A stretch of 64,000 nucleotides of DNA, taken from NCBI RefSeq assembly GCF_009914755.1, contig NC_060934.1. One strand, written 5' to 3'. The position numbers were made by a program, and so were the translations under genes. The DNA is from the human T2T-CHM13v2.0 reference genome, Homo sapiens. Numbering within the stretch: the stretch's first letter is position 1; every line of letters begins with the position of its first letter. Shown here in pieces: positions 25,805 through 41,490 of the stretch. The notes below the pieces were generated by a model. That model saw only the letters and a list, made by a program, of their open reading frames with translations. It was not told the origin of the DNA and made no database searches.

Positions 25805-28800
25805 CCAGGCATTCACGGCCATCCTCATCATGATCATTTTCAGTGTTCCAAGCTGTCCTCCTGAGGCCAGCGTGGTGGTTCACTGCTGCTTCTACTGGGC
25901 CCAGTCCAGGTTTTCCCAGCTTCCCTCACTGGGACCAGCACAGGTGTTCACAGCTTTCTTCATTGGGCCCAGGCCATGGGTTCATAGCCATCTTCATCAG
26001 AGAAAGCCAAGGTGTTCACAGCCGTCCTTTCCATGTCCAGCTGAAGTTGCCCTCACTTGGGCCCAGCCCAGGTGTTAATAGTCATCCTCAGTGGGATTAG
26101 CCCAGTTGTTCACAGCATCTTTCTCGGGGTGAGTTTAGGTGTTTAGAGCCATTGATCTTGGGCCCCGCCAGCTGTTCGTAGGCATCCTCATGGGGGCAGG
26201 CCCAAGCGCTCACAGTGGCTCTCACTGAAACCAGGGCAGGTGTTTTTGGCTGTCTTCATTGGGCCCAGCCTAGACATTCACAGCTGTGCTCATGGTGACC
26301 AGCCAAAGTGTTTACAGCTTTCTTCATGGCAGTCATCCCTGGTGCCACAGCTGTCATTATTGGTTTAGCCCAAGTGTTCTCATCTGTTCTCTTTGGACCC
26401 AGGCCAGGTGTTCACAGCTGTCCTCACTGGCCCAGCCCAGGTTTTCATAGCTGGCCTCACTTGGCCCAGCTCAGGGGTTCACAGCTGTTTTCTTTGGGCT
26501 GAGCCCAAACACTCCAAGCTGTCCTTATAGGGCCCAGCCAAGTCGTTCACAGCTGTCCTCATTGGCTGCTAGCCCAGGTGTTAGTACTTGTCCTCACTGG
26601 GCCCAGGCTAGGTGTTCACAGCCATCCCCATCCAGGTCAGCCCAGGTGTTCACAGCCTCCCTTGTTTGTATGAGCTTAGCTCTTTATAGCAACAGTTTTT
26701 TATAGCTATCAATATCAAGGCAAGCCCAGGAATTCACGCTTCCTCTCAATGACACAAAGCCCAGGGTAAGAGCCGTTTTCATTGGCCCCAGGCCACTTGT
26801 GCATGGCCGTCTTCATTATGTCCAGCCCAGGGCTTCCCAGCTGTTTTCATCCAGGCCTGCGCCGGTGTTCACAGTGGTCCTCATCTAAGCCAGCCAAGGA
26901 GTTCTCTGTCATCCACGTGACAGCCAGCCCAGATGTCCACAACTGTCCTCATCGAGGCCGGCTAGTTTGTTCACACGTGTGCTAATTGGTTCCAGCCACC
27001 CTCATAGAGGCCATCCCAGGTAATGACAGCCATCCACACTGGACCCAGCCCAGGTGTCCACACCTGTCCCCATTGGGCCTAGCCCTGGTGTTCATGGCTT
27101 TTCTCACAGGACTTCTTCCCGTTGGTTCCAGCAGTTTCCATGGTCCCAGGCCAGGGCTTCCCAGATGTCCCCCACAGGGACAGCCCATCTGTTCACTGTT
27201 GTCTTAATTAGGCCGGTGCAGATGTTCATGGCTGTCCTCATTTGGCTCAGCCAAAACGAACAGAAAGGTCCTCCTGAGCGCACACCAGGTGTTTCTAGCT
27301 ATCTACATTGGGGTCGGCCCAGGTGTTGATGGCCATACATTCTGGGCCCATCCCAGTTATTCCAGGCTGTCCCCTTGGCCCCAGCCCAGGTGTTCACAGC
27401 CATCCTCATTGGCCCCAGCCCAGGTGTTCACAGCCATCCTCATTGGTCCCGGCACAGGTATTCACAGCCATCCTCATTGGTCCCAGCACAGGTGTTCACA
27501 GCTATCCTCCTTGACCCCAGGCCAGATGTTCACATTCAGTCTCACTGGGCCCAGCCCAGGTATGCAATGCTTTAATTACTGGGAATAGCTCATGCTTTCA
27601 CACCTTTCTTCACTGGTGACTACCAAATTTGTCAAAGCTGTCGTTGGCCAAGCCCCATTGTACACAGTCATCCGCATTGAGGAGAGCACAAGTGTTCACA
27701 GCTATCCTCATTGGACTGAGCCCAGTTGTTCGTTGCAGTCGTTACTTGGGGAAGTCCAGGTTTTCTCTCATGTCCTAATTGGGGACCAGCCCAGAAGTTA
27801 ATAGCCCTTTTTATTTGGGCCAGCCCAAGCATTCACAGCTATTCTTGTCATGATCAGTCCATCTGTTCAAAGCTGTCCTCCTGGGCCCAGCCTAGCAGCA
27901 GTTTTCACTGGGCCCAGGCCATGTGTTCATAGCTGTCGTCTTCTGAGAACACCCAAGTTTTCACCGACATCCTCATTTGTGTCCAGCTGAAGTCGTCCCC
28001 GGGGCAGGGGTGGGGGGCCCAGCCCAGGTGTTAATCATCCTCAGTGGGATTAGCCCAGTTGTTGCCAGCGGTCTTCATTGGGGTGAGTCCAGGTGTCTGT
28101 CAAGAGCCATCCATACTGGGGTCAGTGAGGTGTTTGTTCATAGCCGTCCTCACGAGGGCAAGCCCAGACTTTCAAAGGGGCCTTCATTGGCCCCAGGCTA
28201 GCTGTTCACTGATGTCTTCATTGGGCCCAGCCTAGACATTGTTAGCTGTGCTCATGGAGGCAGCCAACATGTTTTCAGCAGTCTTCATTGCACTCAGCCG
28301 TGGTGACACAGCTGTCCTTATTGGCTCACCCCAAGTGTTCTCAGCTGTTCTCTTTGGACCCAGGCCAGGTGTTCACAGCTGTCCTCACTGGCCCAGCCTA
28401 GGTTTTCATAGCTGTCCTCACTAGGCTCAGCTAAGGTTTTCACAGCTGTTTACTTTGGGCCTAGCCCAAATACTCCAAGCTCTCCTCTTAGGGCTTAGCC
28501 AAGGCATTCACAGCTGTCCCAATTGGTAGCTAGCCCAGGTGTTAATACTTGTCCTCACTGGGCCCAGACCAGTGTTCACAGACATCCTCATTAAGCCAAT
28601 CCAGGTGTTCAATGCTGAGCTCAATGGGCCCTGCCTAGCTCTTCATAGCTGTCCTCACTGGGCCCAGGCCAGATGTTCACAGCCGTCCTCATCAAGGTCA
28701 GGCCAGGGGTTCACAGCCGTCCTCATTCATATGAGCTGTTTTTCATAGCAGTCAATATCAGAGCAGCCCAGGTGTTCACCCATTTCCTTGATGGCATCAA

Positions 28801-31570
28801 GCTTAGGGATTAAGAGCCATTTTTATTGGCCCCAGACCACCTGTTCATAGCTGTCTTCATTGTGCCCAGCCCAGGCGTTCACAGCTGTCTTCATCCAGGC
28901 CTGCACAGGTTTTCACAGTCGTCCTCATCTAAGCCAGTCAAGGAGTTCTCTGTCATCCGCATGACAGCGAGCTCAGATGTCCATAGCAGTCCTCATCGAG
29001 GCCAGCAAATCTGTTTATACCCATGCTAATTGGGGCCAACCACCCTCAAGAGGCCATCCCAGGTACTGACAGCCATCCTCACTGGGGCCAGCCCATGTGT
29101 CCACAGCTGTCCTCAGTGGGCCTAGCCCAGGTGTTCAAAGCTTTCCTCATTGGACTTAATCCAGGTGTTCTCAGCAGTTCCCATGGTCCCAGGCCAGGTG
29201 TTAACCTGTGTCCTCAATGGGGATAGGCTAGGTGTTCACAGCTGTTTTAATGGGGCCAGGTGCAGATATCCACAGCTGTCCTCATTGGATGCAGCCAAAA
29301 TGGCACAGCTGTCCTCCTGAGCCCAGCCCAGGTCTTTATAGCTGTCCACACTGGGGTCAGCCCAGGTGTTCGTAGCCATATGTTTTGGGCCCAGCACAGT
29401 TAATCCGAGCTGTTCTCCTAGGGCCCAGCCCGGGTATTCATAGGCATCCTCATTTGTCCCAGAACAGGTGTTTGCAGCAGTAGGCCAGATGTTCACATCC
29501 AATCTCACTGGGCCCAGCCCAGGTATGCAAAGCTGCCTTTACTGGGAGCAGCCTATGCTTTCACAGCCGTACTCGCTGGTGCCAGCCACATTTTTCAAAG
29601 CTGTCATTTGGCTGAACCATGGTATACATAGCCATCCCCATTGCCCACAGCTCAGGTATCCATAGTCATCCTCACTGGGGCCAGCTCAGGTGTTCCCAAC
29701 TATCCTTATTTGTCTCAGCACAGGTGTTCACGGCCGTTCCCATTGGCTGAGCTCAGTTGTTCATTGCTGTCATTACGTGGGCATGACCAGGTATTCACGG
29801 CTGTTCTAACTGGGTGCGAGCTCAGGAGTTAATAGTGCTCCTCATCTGGGCCAGCCCAGGCATCCACAGCCGTCCTCATGATGATGGTCAGTGTCCGTGT
29901 TCAAAGCTGTCCTGTGGCCAGCCCGGGCGCTCACTGTGGCCAGCCTGGGCGCTCACTGTGGCCAGCCTGGGCGTTCACTGTGGCCAGCCTGGGTGTTCAC
30001 TGCTGCTTTTACTGGACCCGGCCCAGGTTTTCCCAGCTTCCCTCACTGGGGCCAGTGCGGGTGTTCACAGCTTTCCTCATTGGGCCCAGGCCAGGGGTTC
30101 ATAGCCATCTTTGTCAGAAGCAAAGGTGTTCATACCCAGGCCAGGGGTTCATAGCCATCTTCGTCAGAAGCCAAGGTGTTCACAGCCATCCTTTCCAGGT
30201 CCAGCTGAAGTCGCCCCCGCTTGGGCCCAGCCCAGGCGTTAATAGTGGTCCTCAGTGGGATTAGCCCAGCTGTTCACACCGTCTTTGTCGGGGTGAGTTT
30301 AGATGTTGACAGCCATTCATCTTGGGCCCAGCCAGGTGTTTATAGCCATCTTCATTGTGGCAAGCCCAAACGCTCACAATGGCTTTCGTTGACCCCACAC
30401 CAGGTGTTCTTGGCTGTTTTCATTGGGCCCAGCCTAGCCATTCACAGCTGTGCTAGTGGAGACCAGCCAAGGTGTTTACATCTGTTTTCGTGGCAATCAG
30501 CCCCGATGCCACAGCTGTTCTTACTGGCTTAGCCCAAGTGTTCTCAACTGTTCTCATTGGACCCAGGCCAGGTGTTCACAGCTGCACTCACTGGGCCATG
30601 CCTACGTTTTCATAGCTGCCTTCACAGGACCCAGGTTAGGTGTTCACATCTGTCCACACTGTGTCCAGCCCAGGTATTTAAAGTTTTCCTCGTGGGGCCC
30701 AGCCAAGGCGTTCACAGTCAGTAGCAAGCTCAGGTGTTAACGCTTGTCCTTCTCAGCCTAGACCAGTGTTCACAGCCATCCTCATCGGGTCAATCCAGGT
30801 GTTCTAAGCTGTTCTCTCTGGGTGCAGGCCAGGTGTTCACAACCTTCCTCATTGGGGAAAACCCAGTTGTTAAATTTTTTTTAGTGGGTGCAGCTCAGTG
30901 CTCACAGCCGTTTGCATCTGACCCGTCTCAGGTGTTCATAGCTGTCTTCATTGGGACCAGCCCCGCTGCTAACAGCTTCCCTCATCTCAGCCTCCCCAGT
31001 TGTCCATAGCCATCTTCTTTGTTTCTAGCCAAGTTCTTCACAGCTGTCCTCACTAGGCACAGCCCACTTAATCACAGCCATCCTCCTGAGGGCCAGCCAG
31101 TGTGTTCACCCCATGCTCACTGGGCCAGCCAAGATACTATAGCTACCTTTATCCAAGCCAATCCCCGTGTTTATAGCTGTCCTCTTTCGGCCCCCTCAGG
31201 TTTTCACAGCTGTCAACATTGGGTCTGGCCCAGTTGTTCACAGCCATTCTCATTTGGGTGATCTAAGGTGTTCATAACAATCAATAAGGCAGCCAGCCCA
31301 GGTGTTCTGGCTGGTTGTTCATGGGGGACCTGCCCAGGGCTTAAGAGCTGTTTTCCTTGAGCTCAACCGACCTTTTCGTAGCTGTCTTCATTGTGCACAG
31401 CCCAGGTGTTCACAGCTGTCCTCATGGGTCCTGTACAGTTATTCCCTGTGGTTCTCATGTAAGTCAGCTAAGATGTTCTGTCACTCACATTAGAGCCAGG
31501 TCCAATGTTCATAGCAGTCCTCATGGAGGTCTGCCGATTTGTTCACATCCATGCTAATTGAGGCCAGCCA
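25805..31570. repeat. Diverged 34-bp tandem satellite with about three ~2-kb higher-order repeats
   Basis: Consensus CCTCATTGGGCCCAGCCCAGGTGTTCACAGCTGT; period 34 measured at 27381/27415; variant GTGGGATTAGCCCAG recurs at 26091, 28044 and 30255. Confidence 0.9.
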
Positions 31571-31599
31571 TTTGGACTGAAAAGCTTTCCCAAAGCTTT

Positions 31600-31970
31600 G
31601 CACTAATTCAAATGTCAATCTCACCCAGAGCCCCCTCTTGCATACCCAGCATAATGTTTGGCCAAATGTCTGTCCTCTGTGGGCCCGTCAGACGGACATG
31701 TGAAATTAACCTCAATGCAGGCTCTGAGGTTCCAGGCCCAGGCGGCCGGCATCCTCCAGCTTCCACTGATGTGTCCTGGGGGTTGCTGGGGACATGCTCT
31801 GCCTGGCTGCCTTGAGCTGTGACCTTGGTCTTTTCCAGGCTTTGGACTTGAACCTAAGCACAGGCTCTGTGGGTCTTGAGTGCCCAGCCTTCAGACTGGG
31901 ATGAACTCCATCAGCTCTTTCGGGGTTCCAGCTGGCCAGTTGCAGATCTGGGGACTGCTTCATCTCCAGG
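31600..31970. mobile_element. MLT2 LTR fragments (5' end on minus strand, central part on plus strand)
   Basis: ATAATGTTTGGCCAAAT...AAATTAACC (reverse of MLT2 start); CTTGAGCTGTGACC...CAGTTGCAGATCTGGGGACT. Confidence 0.55.
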
Positions 31971-32949
31971 GGATGTCATGCCCTGATGCCTTACTGAGCA
32001 TCCCTAGTAGAATAAAATCAACATTCAGGGGTAGGGGGTCAACCTCAACCATCAACCACATTTACTGCCAAACCTGTAGGTTTTAAAAAATTCATTTCTT
32101 AATTTGCATAGAATAAAACACTCTTTTAGCTTATACTGTGGGTTTTGATAAATGCATAATTTGAGAACAGTTTGGCAGCTTCTTAGAGAGTTATATACAC
32201 TTTCTCTATACAACCTAGCGATCGCACCCCTAGGCATTGGAACCCAAGAGAAATGAAACGTATGTTTTGGGATTCTGGCTTAACAAGACCTTTTCAAGGG
32301 GCCCTGGATTATTCAACTGGGAAAGGAATCTGTAAGAGTCATCTAGTCCAGGTGATTCAAAGGGTACCTGTGGAGTCTCTTTCGGGGCCATGAAGTGGGG
32401 CTGGGGGAAGCCCGGAGCTCTGGGGATCCTACCGTAACCCACCTGTTAACTTGTGAAAGACGCCTTCTGACCAATGATCACAAGATAAAAAACTTGGAAA
32501 GGCTCAAGAGAGTCTACATTACCCAAATAGATGTCAGCTACCCAGGAAGTTTACATGGTCCTAATTAGACCCTCCAAGGGAGGACAGCACAAGAGTGTGG
32601 ACCCGGCGGTGGGCGTGAAGCTCTCCCCTGCTCCCTGCCCCTCATTACATTTCTTCCTCGCTCACTCCCCATGCAGGCGGCTCCAGGACTTGGCTTGTTG
32701 TCTGTCTCCCCTAAGAAGAACACAGCTTCTTGAGGGCAGGGCATTCTCTGTTACTGCAGGCTGTGTCCCCACCACCTGTCCTGTGGCAGCATCGGCATAG
32801 CTCAGAGCAGGTGCTGAATAAATGCTCGTGAACTTTGGAAACTTGTCACCATGCAGGATGAGAAAGGGCCATCCTCTCCCAGAGACGTGCATTTTCCTGT
32901 GTCACGGGGCCATGCGGTGATACACAGAAGTCTGGCTTCTGCAGGAGCA

Positions 32950-33373
32950 GGGAATCAACTTAAATGCCCATAATAACTGACTGGATCAAGAAAATGTAGT
33001 TCGTATGCTCCATGGAATACTATGCGGCTATAAAAAAGAAGAACACATCTTATTCAGAAACATGGACAGACCTGGAGACCACTATCCTAAGTGAACTAAC
33101 TCAGGAACAGAAAAGCAAATACTGCACATTGTCACCTGTAAGTGGGAGCTAAATGATGAGAACACATGGACACAAAGAAGGGAACACCAGACACTGGGGC
33201 CTACTTGAGGGTGGGGGGTGGGAGGGGGAGAGGAGCAGAAGAGAGAACTATTGGGGGCCGGGCTCAGTACCTGGGTGATGAAATAATCTCCGTAACAAAC
33301 CCCCATGACATGAGTTTACCTATGTGATAAACCTCTACATGCACCCCTGAACCTAAGATAAAAGTTAAAAAAA
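32950..33373 (+). mobile_element. L1P 3' UTR fragment with A tail
   Basis: ATGGAATACTATGCGGCTATAAAAAAGAA...CCCCTGAACCTAAGATAAAAGTTAAAAAAAA. Confidence 0.85.
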
Positions 33374-33508
33374 AGGTTTTGTGCTAAGAAAAAGCTTATT
33401 TTTTCATTCCCCTCCAGCTGTTAACTCACGGGGAGGCCCTCTTTCAGGGAGGCACAGAGGAAAATTAAGGGCTTCCTAGTGACAAGGCAGTTTGTCAGAA
33501 AGTCATGA

Positions 33509-33953
<445 letters not shown>

Positions 33954-33991
33954 AAACCAACTTTTTTTTAAAAAGGAAGATTTCGTTTAAA

Positions 33992-34920
33992 AGAAACCAC
34001 CCTGAAGGGTGGAGTGTGGAACTGAGCTTCCGTGACGGTCTTGAGTTTTCCAGGCCCTCTGTGGGTGTCGCCGTTGCCGTGATAGTCTCACACACGCGGG
34101 GGTGTGGATCTCGTTCGTTTTCATGTAGAAAACGAGAGCGAAACTGCAGAGAAAAGAAACGTCGGGTGCATCACGGCCTGACCACGGATTCCTGTTTCCT
34201 GCAACAAGGGGAGTCTCCACTGTGGCCGGTCTGGAAACCGGAAAGGAGAGCGAAGTCACGATGCTGCTTTTCCACGCTTCGCTGGAGGTTTCTGTGTCCC
34301 CGCAGAGCTCGGGAAACAGCCAACGTGGTCGCGCTTTCGGGGGCGGGAGACACGCGAGCAACAGGCCCCTTGCAGAGGGCGAAGGAGCGTGGAACCCGGA
34401 ATCACGGTTCACTCGGCCCGAGTGTGACTCCCGTGTGGACGGGCCTGTCCGCCTCGCGCTCTGTTGCTCAACGCGGGGCCGTGTCGTCTGTGAACCACGT
34501 GGATGGAAAACGGACAATCACCCGCGTCTCGGCTCATTGCTCTCATTCCTTGGGAGGCGGAATTCGTCCGAATTGCTCCGGGATGAAGTGACCCGGGCCG
34601 GCGATCCGGAGGGCTGGTGAGCTGGTGGGCGCCCCGCAAGCAGACGCGGCTGTGGGCCGAGCTCTCGGCCTGCACCGGGCACCCCACGTTTTCCCGGAGT
34701 GCGAGGTCCCGCTGGCCCTGGAGGCGGAAGACCGCTTTCCTCTCTGCTTTCCTCTCTGCTTTCCTCTCTGTCTCTTGCTCCCTTTCTCCCTCTGTCCTTC
34801 CCTCCCTCCCTCCCTCCCTCCCCGCTCCCCACTTTCTCCTTTCCAATGTCCCTCTATCCATCCGTCCTTTTCTCGCTCCATTCCTCCCTTTCTCTCTGTC
34901 TCTGTTCCTCTCCCCATCTC
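33992..34920 (-). repeat. Inverted, truncated D4Z4/LSau-like unit lacking the DUX promoter and ORF
   Basis: Reverse complement follows the D4Z4 segment upstream of DUX4 (GGCCTGTTGCTCGCGTGTCTCC, GGCAACGGCGACACCCACAG, CTCAAGAC..CAGTTCCACACTCC..GGTTTCT); CpG-rich; no homeobox in any frame. Confidence 0.85.
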
Positions 34921-34961
34921 TATTTTTCAACATTATATGATCCCATTGTGTGTATCTGTGT

Positions 34962-35195
34962 GTTAACATTTTTTTAGCAATAAAATTCACTTTCATTATG
35001 TACATTGTTATTTAGACACATTATTTATGTATGTGCATTTGTTTAATAGACATGATTTATTTCAGCGTTATTCTACAGCAGAGTGTAAGCATAACTCATA
35101 AGCAGGGTCAACCCAAAAATTGTGTGACTCGCGTTACTGTGATTCTTTTATACTGCAGTGCTCGAGAATAAAATCTCTGTATCTCCAATTCATAT
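34962..35195 (+). mobile_element. Tigger1-like DNA transposon end
   Basis: TAACATTTTTTTAGCAATAAA...AAAAATTGTGTGACTCGCGTTACTG resembles the Tigger1 3' end. Confidence 0.6.
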
Positions 35196-35869
35196 CTGTA
35201 TATTACCATTGAATTGGCCCCATTTCCTGTAGTGATAGAACACTATTCCCGCACTATGACAAGAGCTGTGGGCTGTGGGGAGGTCAGGGATAGGATGACA
35301 CGGAAGTGACAATAAGACATTCTCTTTTTCACATTTTTATTAAATACAAATTCCATATGAAAGAAATTTAAAATTCCAAACAACATTGTTTATTTCATTA
35401 CATAAAATGAAAATTATAAAGCAACCAAACAATTAATACACTTAGATAATGAAATAGTGTATGATCTCAGTACAAAATACAAGTAGAATATACGTCAAAT
35501 ATAACAAAATACACTGTATTGTAGTACGTGATGAAATCTCCATATCCTGCAATATAGTACAATCAATTGAAATGTATAAAATATAATAAAATATAAATTT
35601 AGGATGTTTAAAATGAAATGAAACATGAGGCAGGTCAATAAATAAGTACAATCATTTACCATTTACTATATCTTGACTTAAATTTTATGTAGAAATATTA
35701 AAAGTAAACAGCTTGCATAGTAATTTTACTATAATTATATCAAACAAAATATATAGACATTTTCCCACAGGGAGTGCTATTAATGGTTTGTGGATATTAG
35801 TACTCCATGGGTTCAGGCTGGAAGAGTGAGAGCCTACAACCTTTTCTGGATTAAAAGAGAAGCAATTTC

Positions 35870-36226
<357 letters not shown>

Positions 36227-36523
36227 CTAATGTTTTTCTGATTATATAGAAATGCATGACTGTCATCAGACATCCAAAAGGCATCAAATGTCTAACATGA
36301 AATATAAAATTTGTCTATAGTCTTAGCGGTCTGCAAAATTCAGGGCTCTCACCATTCTGAGTATACCGCTCAAGTTTCTTTCCTATGACTTCTTCAGGTT
36401 CTGTCATTTATTAACACAGTGTGTCTAAAATTGTCACTGCTGGTCATCTGGAAGAATCTGAGAAGAAGCAGATCCTTGTTCTCATTCCCAGAGCTGCATC
36501 TCTGCTGAATAGGGTCAGGGTGC

Positions 36524-38230
<1,707 letters not shown>

Positions 38231-38239
38231 CTAGACCTG

Positions 38240-38285
38240 CCTTTTATACGTCCCTCGGCTGGGCGTGGCTTACTCTTATTGGCTG
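38240..38285 (-). promoter_or_regulatory. FRG2B core promoter (TATA, GC box, CCAAT)
   Basis: TATAAAA on minus strand 38242-38248, GGGCGTGG 38261-38268, CCAAT on minus strand 38278-38282; about 75-115 bp upstream of the ATG. Confidence 0.7.
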
Positions 38286-38655
38286 AAGAGTTTTCTCATT
38301 CCTGCCGCTTCTTAGAGCCTCAATCAGAAGTTTCTTGCTGTAGTTCTACTGGGGACCTAGACACAGTTAAAGGGAGACATTTTCAGGATCCTGTCATGGT
38401 GTCCAGAAAACAAAGAACCGGGAGCACAGGGACCGGAAAATCGGGGAAGCATTTCTTCCTATTTCTGTCCCAGTTCCTACCTGGAAGGATTTATGATCCT
38501 GTTCACCTTTCAAGATGCACAATTAAACATGCCTATATTGTCATATGTTATATATTTTGCACAGAAAGAGAATTTATTATACATAGTGTTAACATTGTAT
38601 GCATAGATATTATAATTTCTTAAATGCTTGGAAACAACAAATGTCAAATTATGGT

Positions 38656-38813
38656 TGATTGTATTAGATCCACACATATATGATGAAATAAAAATGCAGA
38701 GAAAAAATAAATACCAAATGAAATGGCCCTTCCTACCTTAAAAATGGGGAAGATAATTAGATCAAATGCAATAAAATTGAATTGATTAGGTTGAGTCAGT
38801 GCTAACCTAATTA
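38656..38813. promoter_or_regulatory. Cluster of DUX4-like binding motifs upstream of FRG2B
   Basis: TGATTGTATTA 38656-38666, TGATTAGGTTG 38783-38793, TAACCTAATTA 38803-38813, each one mismatch from TAAYBBAATCA; FRG2 is a reported DUX4 target. Confidence 0.55.
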
Positions 38814-40109
38814 GCCCCTGATTCCTGAGGTAGCAAAAAGTCTCGGTGGAAAAACTTTCCCCCATTCTCACCCTTCCTCAGTCATCCTGGGAGCGCCATT
38901 GTGTTCTGTGGGCTTTATTCAGCCCTCCCTAGTGAAAATGGACTTGGTCTCAAACAGGTAACCCAACTGATCACAAGACAAACAGCCTAGATTCTGAACA
39001 TCAGCTCCTGTCTTCACACTGCGGACACCACCTGAATCCCGTCAAAGCCCACATTGTTTCTCAACATCCACCAGCAAGACGTATTCCAGGGCAGCCTCTC
39101 AAAACTGCCTCAGTGAGACGGGACAAGGTGTGGTGGAGCTCCAGGTTCAGAACAGCTGCCTCATCCCTTCCTACTGCGGCGGAGTCTGTCTCTGCTGGTC
39201 AGAGCCCTCCAACTAGCCTAGTCTATGTCCAAGCAAGTGTCCCCTAAAAGGACCTTCTTGTCTCCCCCTCTGCTGAGGAAAGCATGCAGGAACGAGACCT
39301 TCTATGTTAAGGAGTACTCAGCCTCCAGTCCCAGATGACTTGATTGACTGATGAACTGATTCCTTGAGGAGGAGAAAGACACAGGGAAGAGACTGTGTTG
39401 GGTGAGTCTGTGTTTTCCCAGCTGTGCTGCCTGTGCAAATAGTGGAACGAAAAAAGAATTAGTGGTAGACAGACACTGCCTAGTGAAATTGTCTGAAAGT
39501 AAATGGAACTTATCATAATATGATATCGTTATATATTATAATATTATGATATGAAATTTGACATCTAAATAAATTTTGATATATTATGAAATAATATATA
39601 AAATTTGGTCAGGTAATTTCATAAATTTTGTAACAACATTAACCTATAAACTCAATAGAAAGCTAGGAAAATTGTCTGCTCTTGTGTAAATGACTGCGTT
39701 TTGGATAACTCTGTAAAAGCTGTGAAGAGGGGTCTGCTACTTACGTGATAGTAAGTACTTGATAAGACATCGACTTGCACATCTTTGCTGTTTTTAACCA
39801 ATGCTCTCTCAAGATATGAGAATATTTTACTCTAAGAAAGTATTTTCCTAGATATCGTAATAGGAATTTTGTTAATTTTAGTTAATAAATTATTATAACA
39901 TTTAGTGATTATTAATAATTTATGTCATTGTTAAAATATATTCCTACAGAGAACATATTACCCATGTGTTTTTATTTGTCCTTTAATCTCAGGTAAATTT
40001 TTTAAATTTTTATTTATTAAATTCTATTTATTTTAGACAAAAGAGACCTTGTAACTGCCATATGATGTACTTTCTTAGAAAGAGAAATTCTCAGGCAAAA
40101 CTTAGGACT

Positions 40110-40405
<296 letters not shown>

Positions 40406-40529
40406 TCAGCCTTATTTTTATCAAAATCTAGATTTTAAATGACATTTCTAGGTGTCCCCTTTCAATAAAAATCCAAACCAAAACAAACAAAAAGTTTCTA
40501 GGTAATTCATATGAATATTAATAACTGTT

Positions 40530-41490
<961 letters not shown>

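Noticed and set aside
25830-31557. Dozens of short plus-strand ORFs with repeated HW/AQV/PG motifs
   Set aside because: By-product of the 34-bp repeat, which is not a multiple of 3; frames shift and stop constantly
25805-31570. CRISPR-like array (about 34-bp repeats)
   Set aside because: Head-to-tail degenerate monomers with no unique spacers, no cas genes, eukaryotic context
33987-35005. 100-198 aa ORFs on both strands as a DUX4-like gene
   Set aside because: No homeodomain; GC-rich non-coding part of D4Z4
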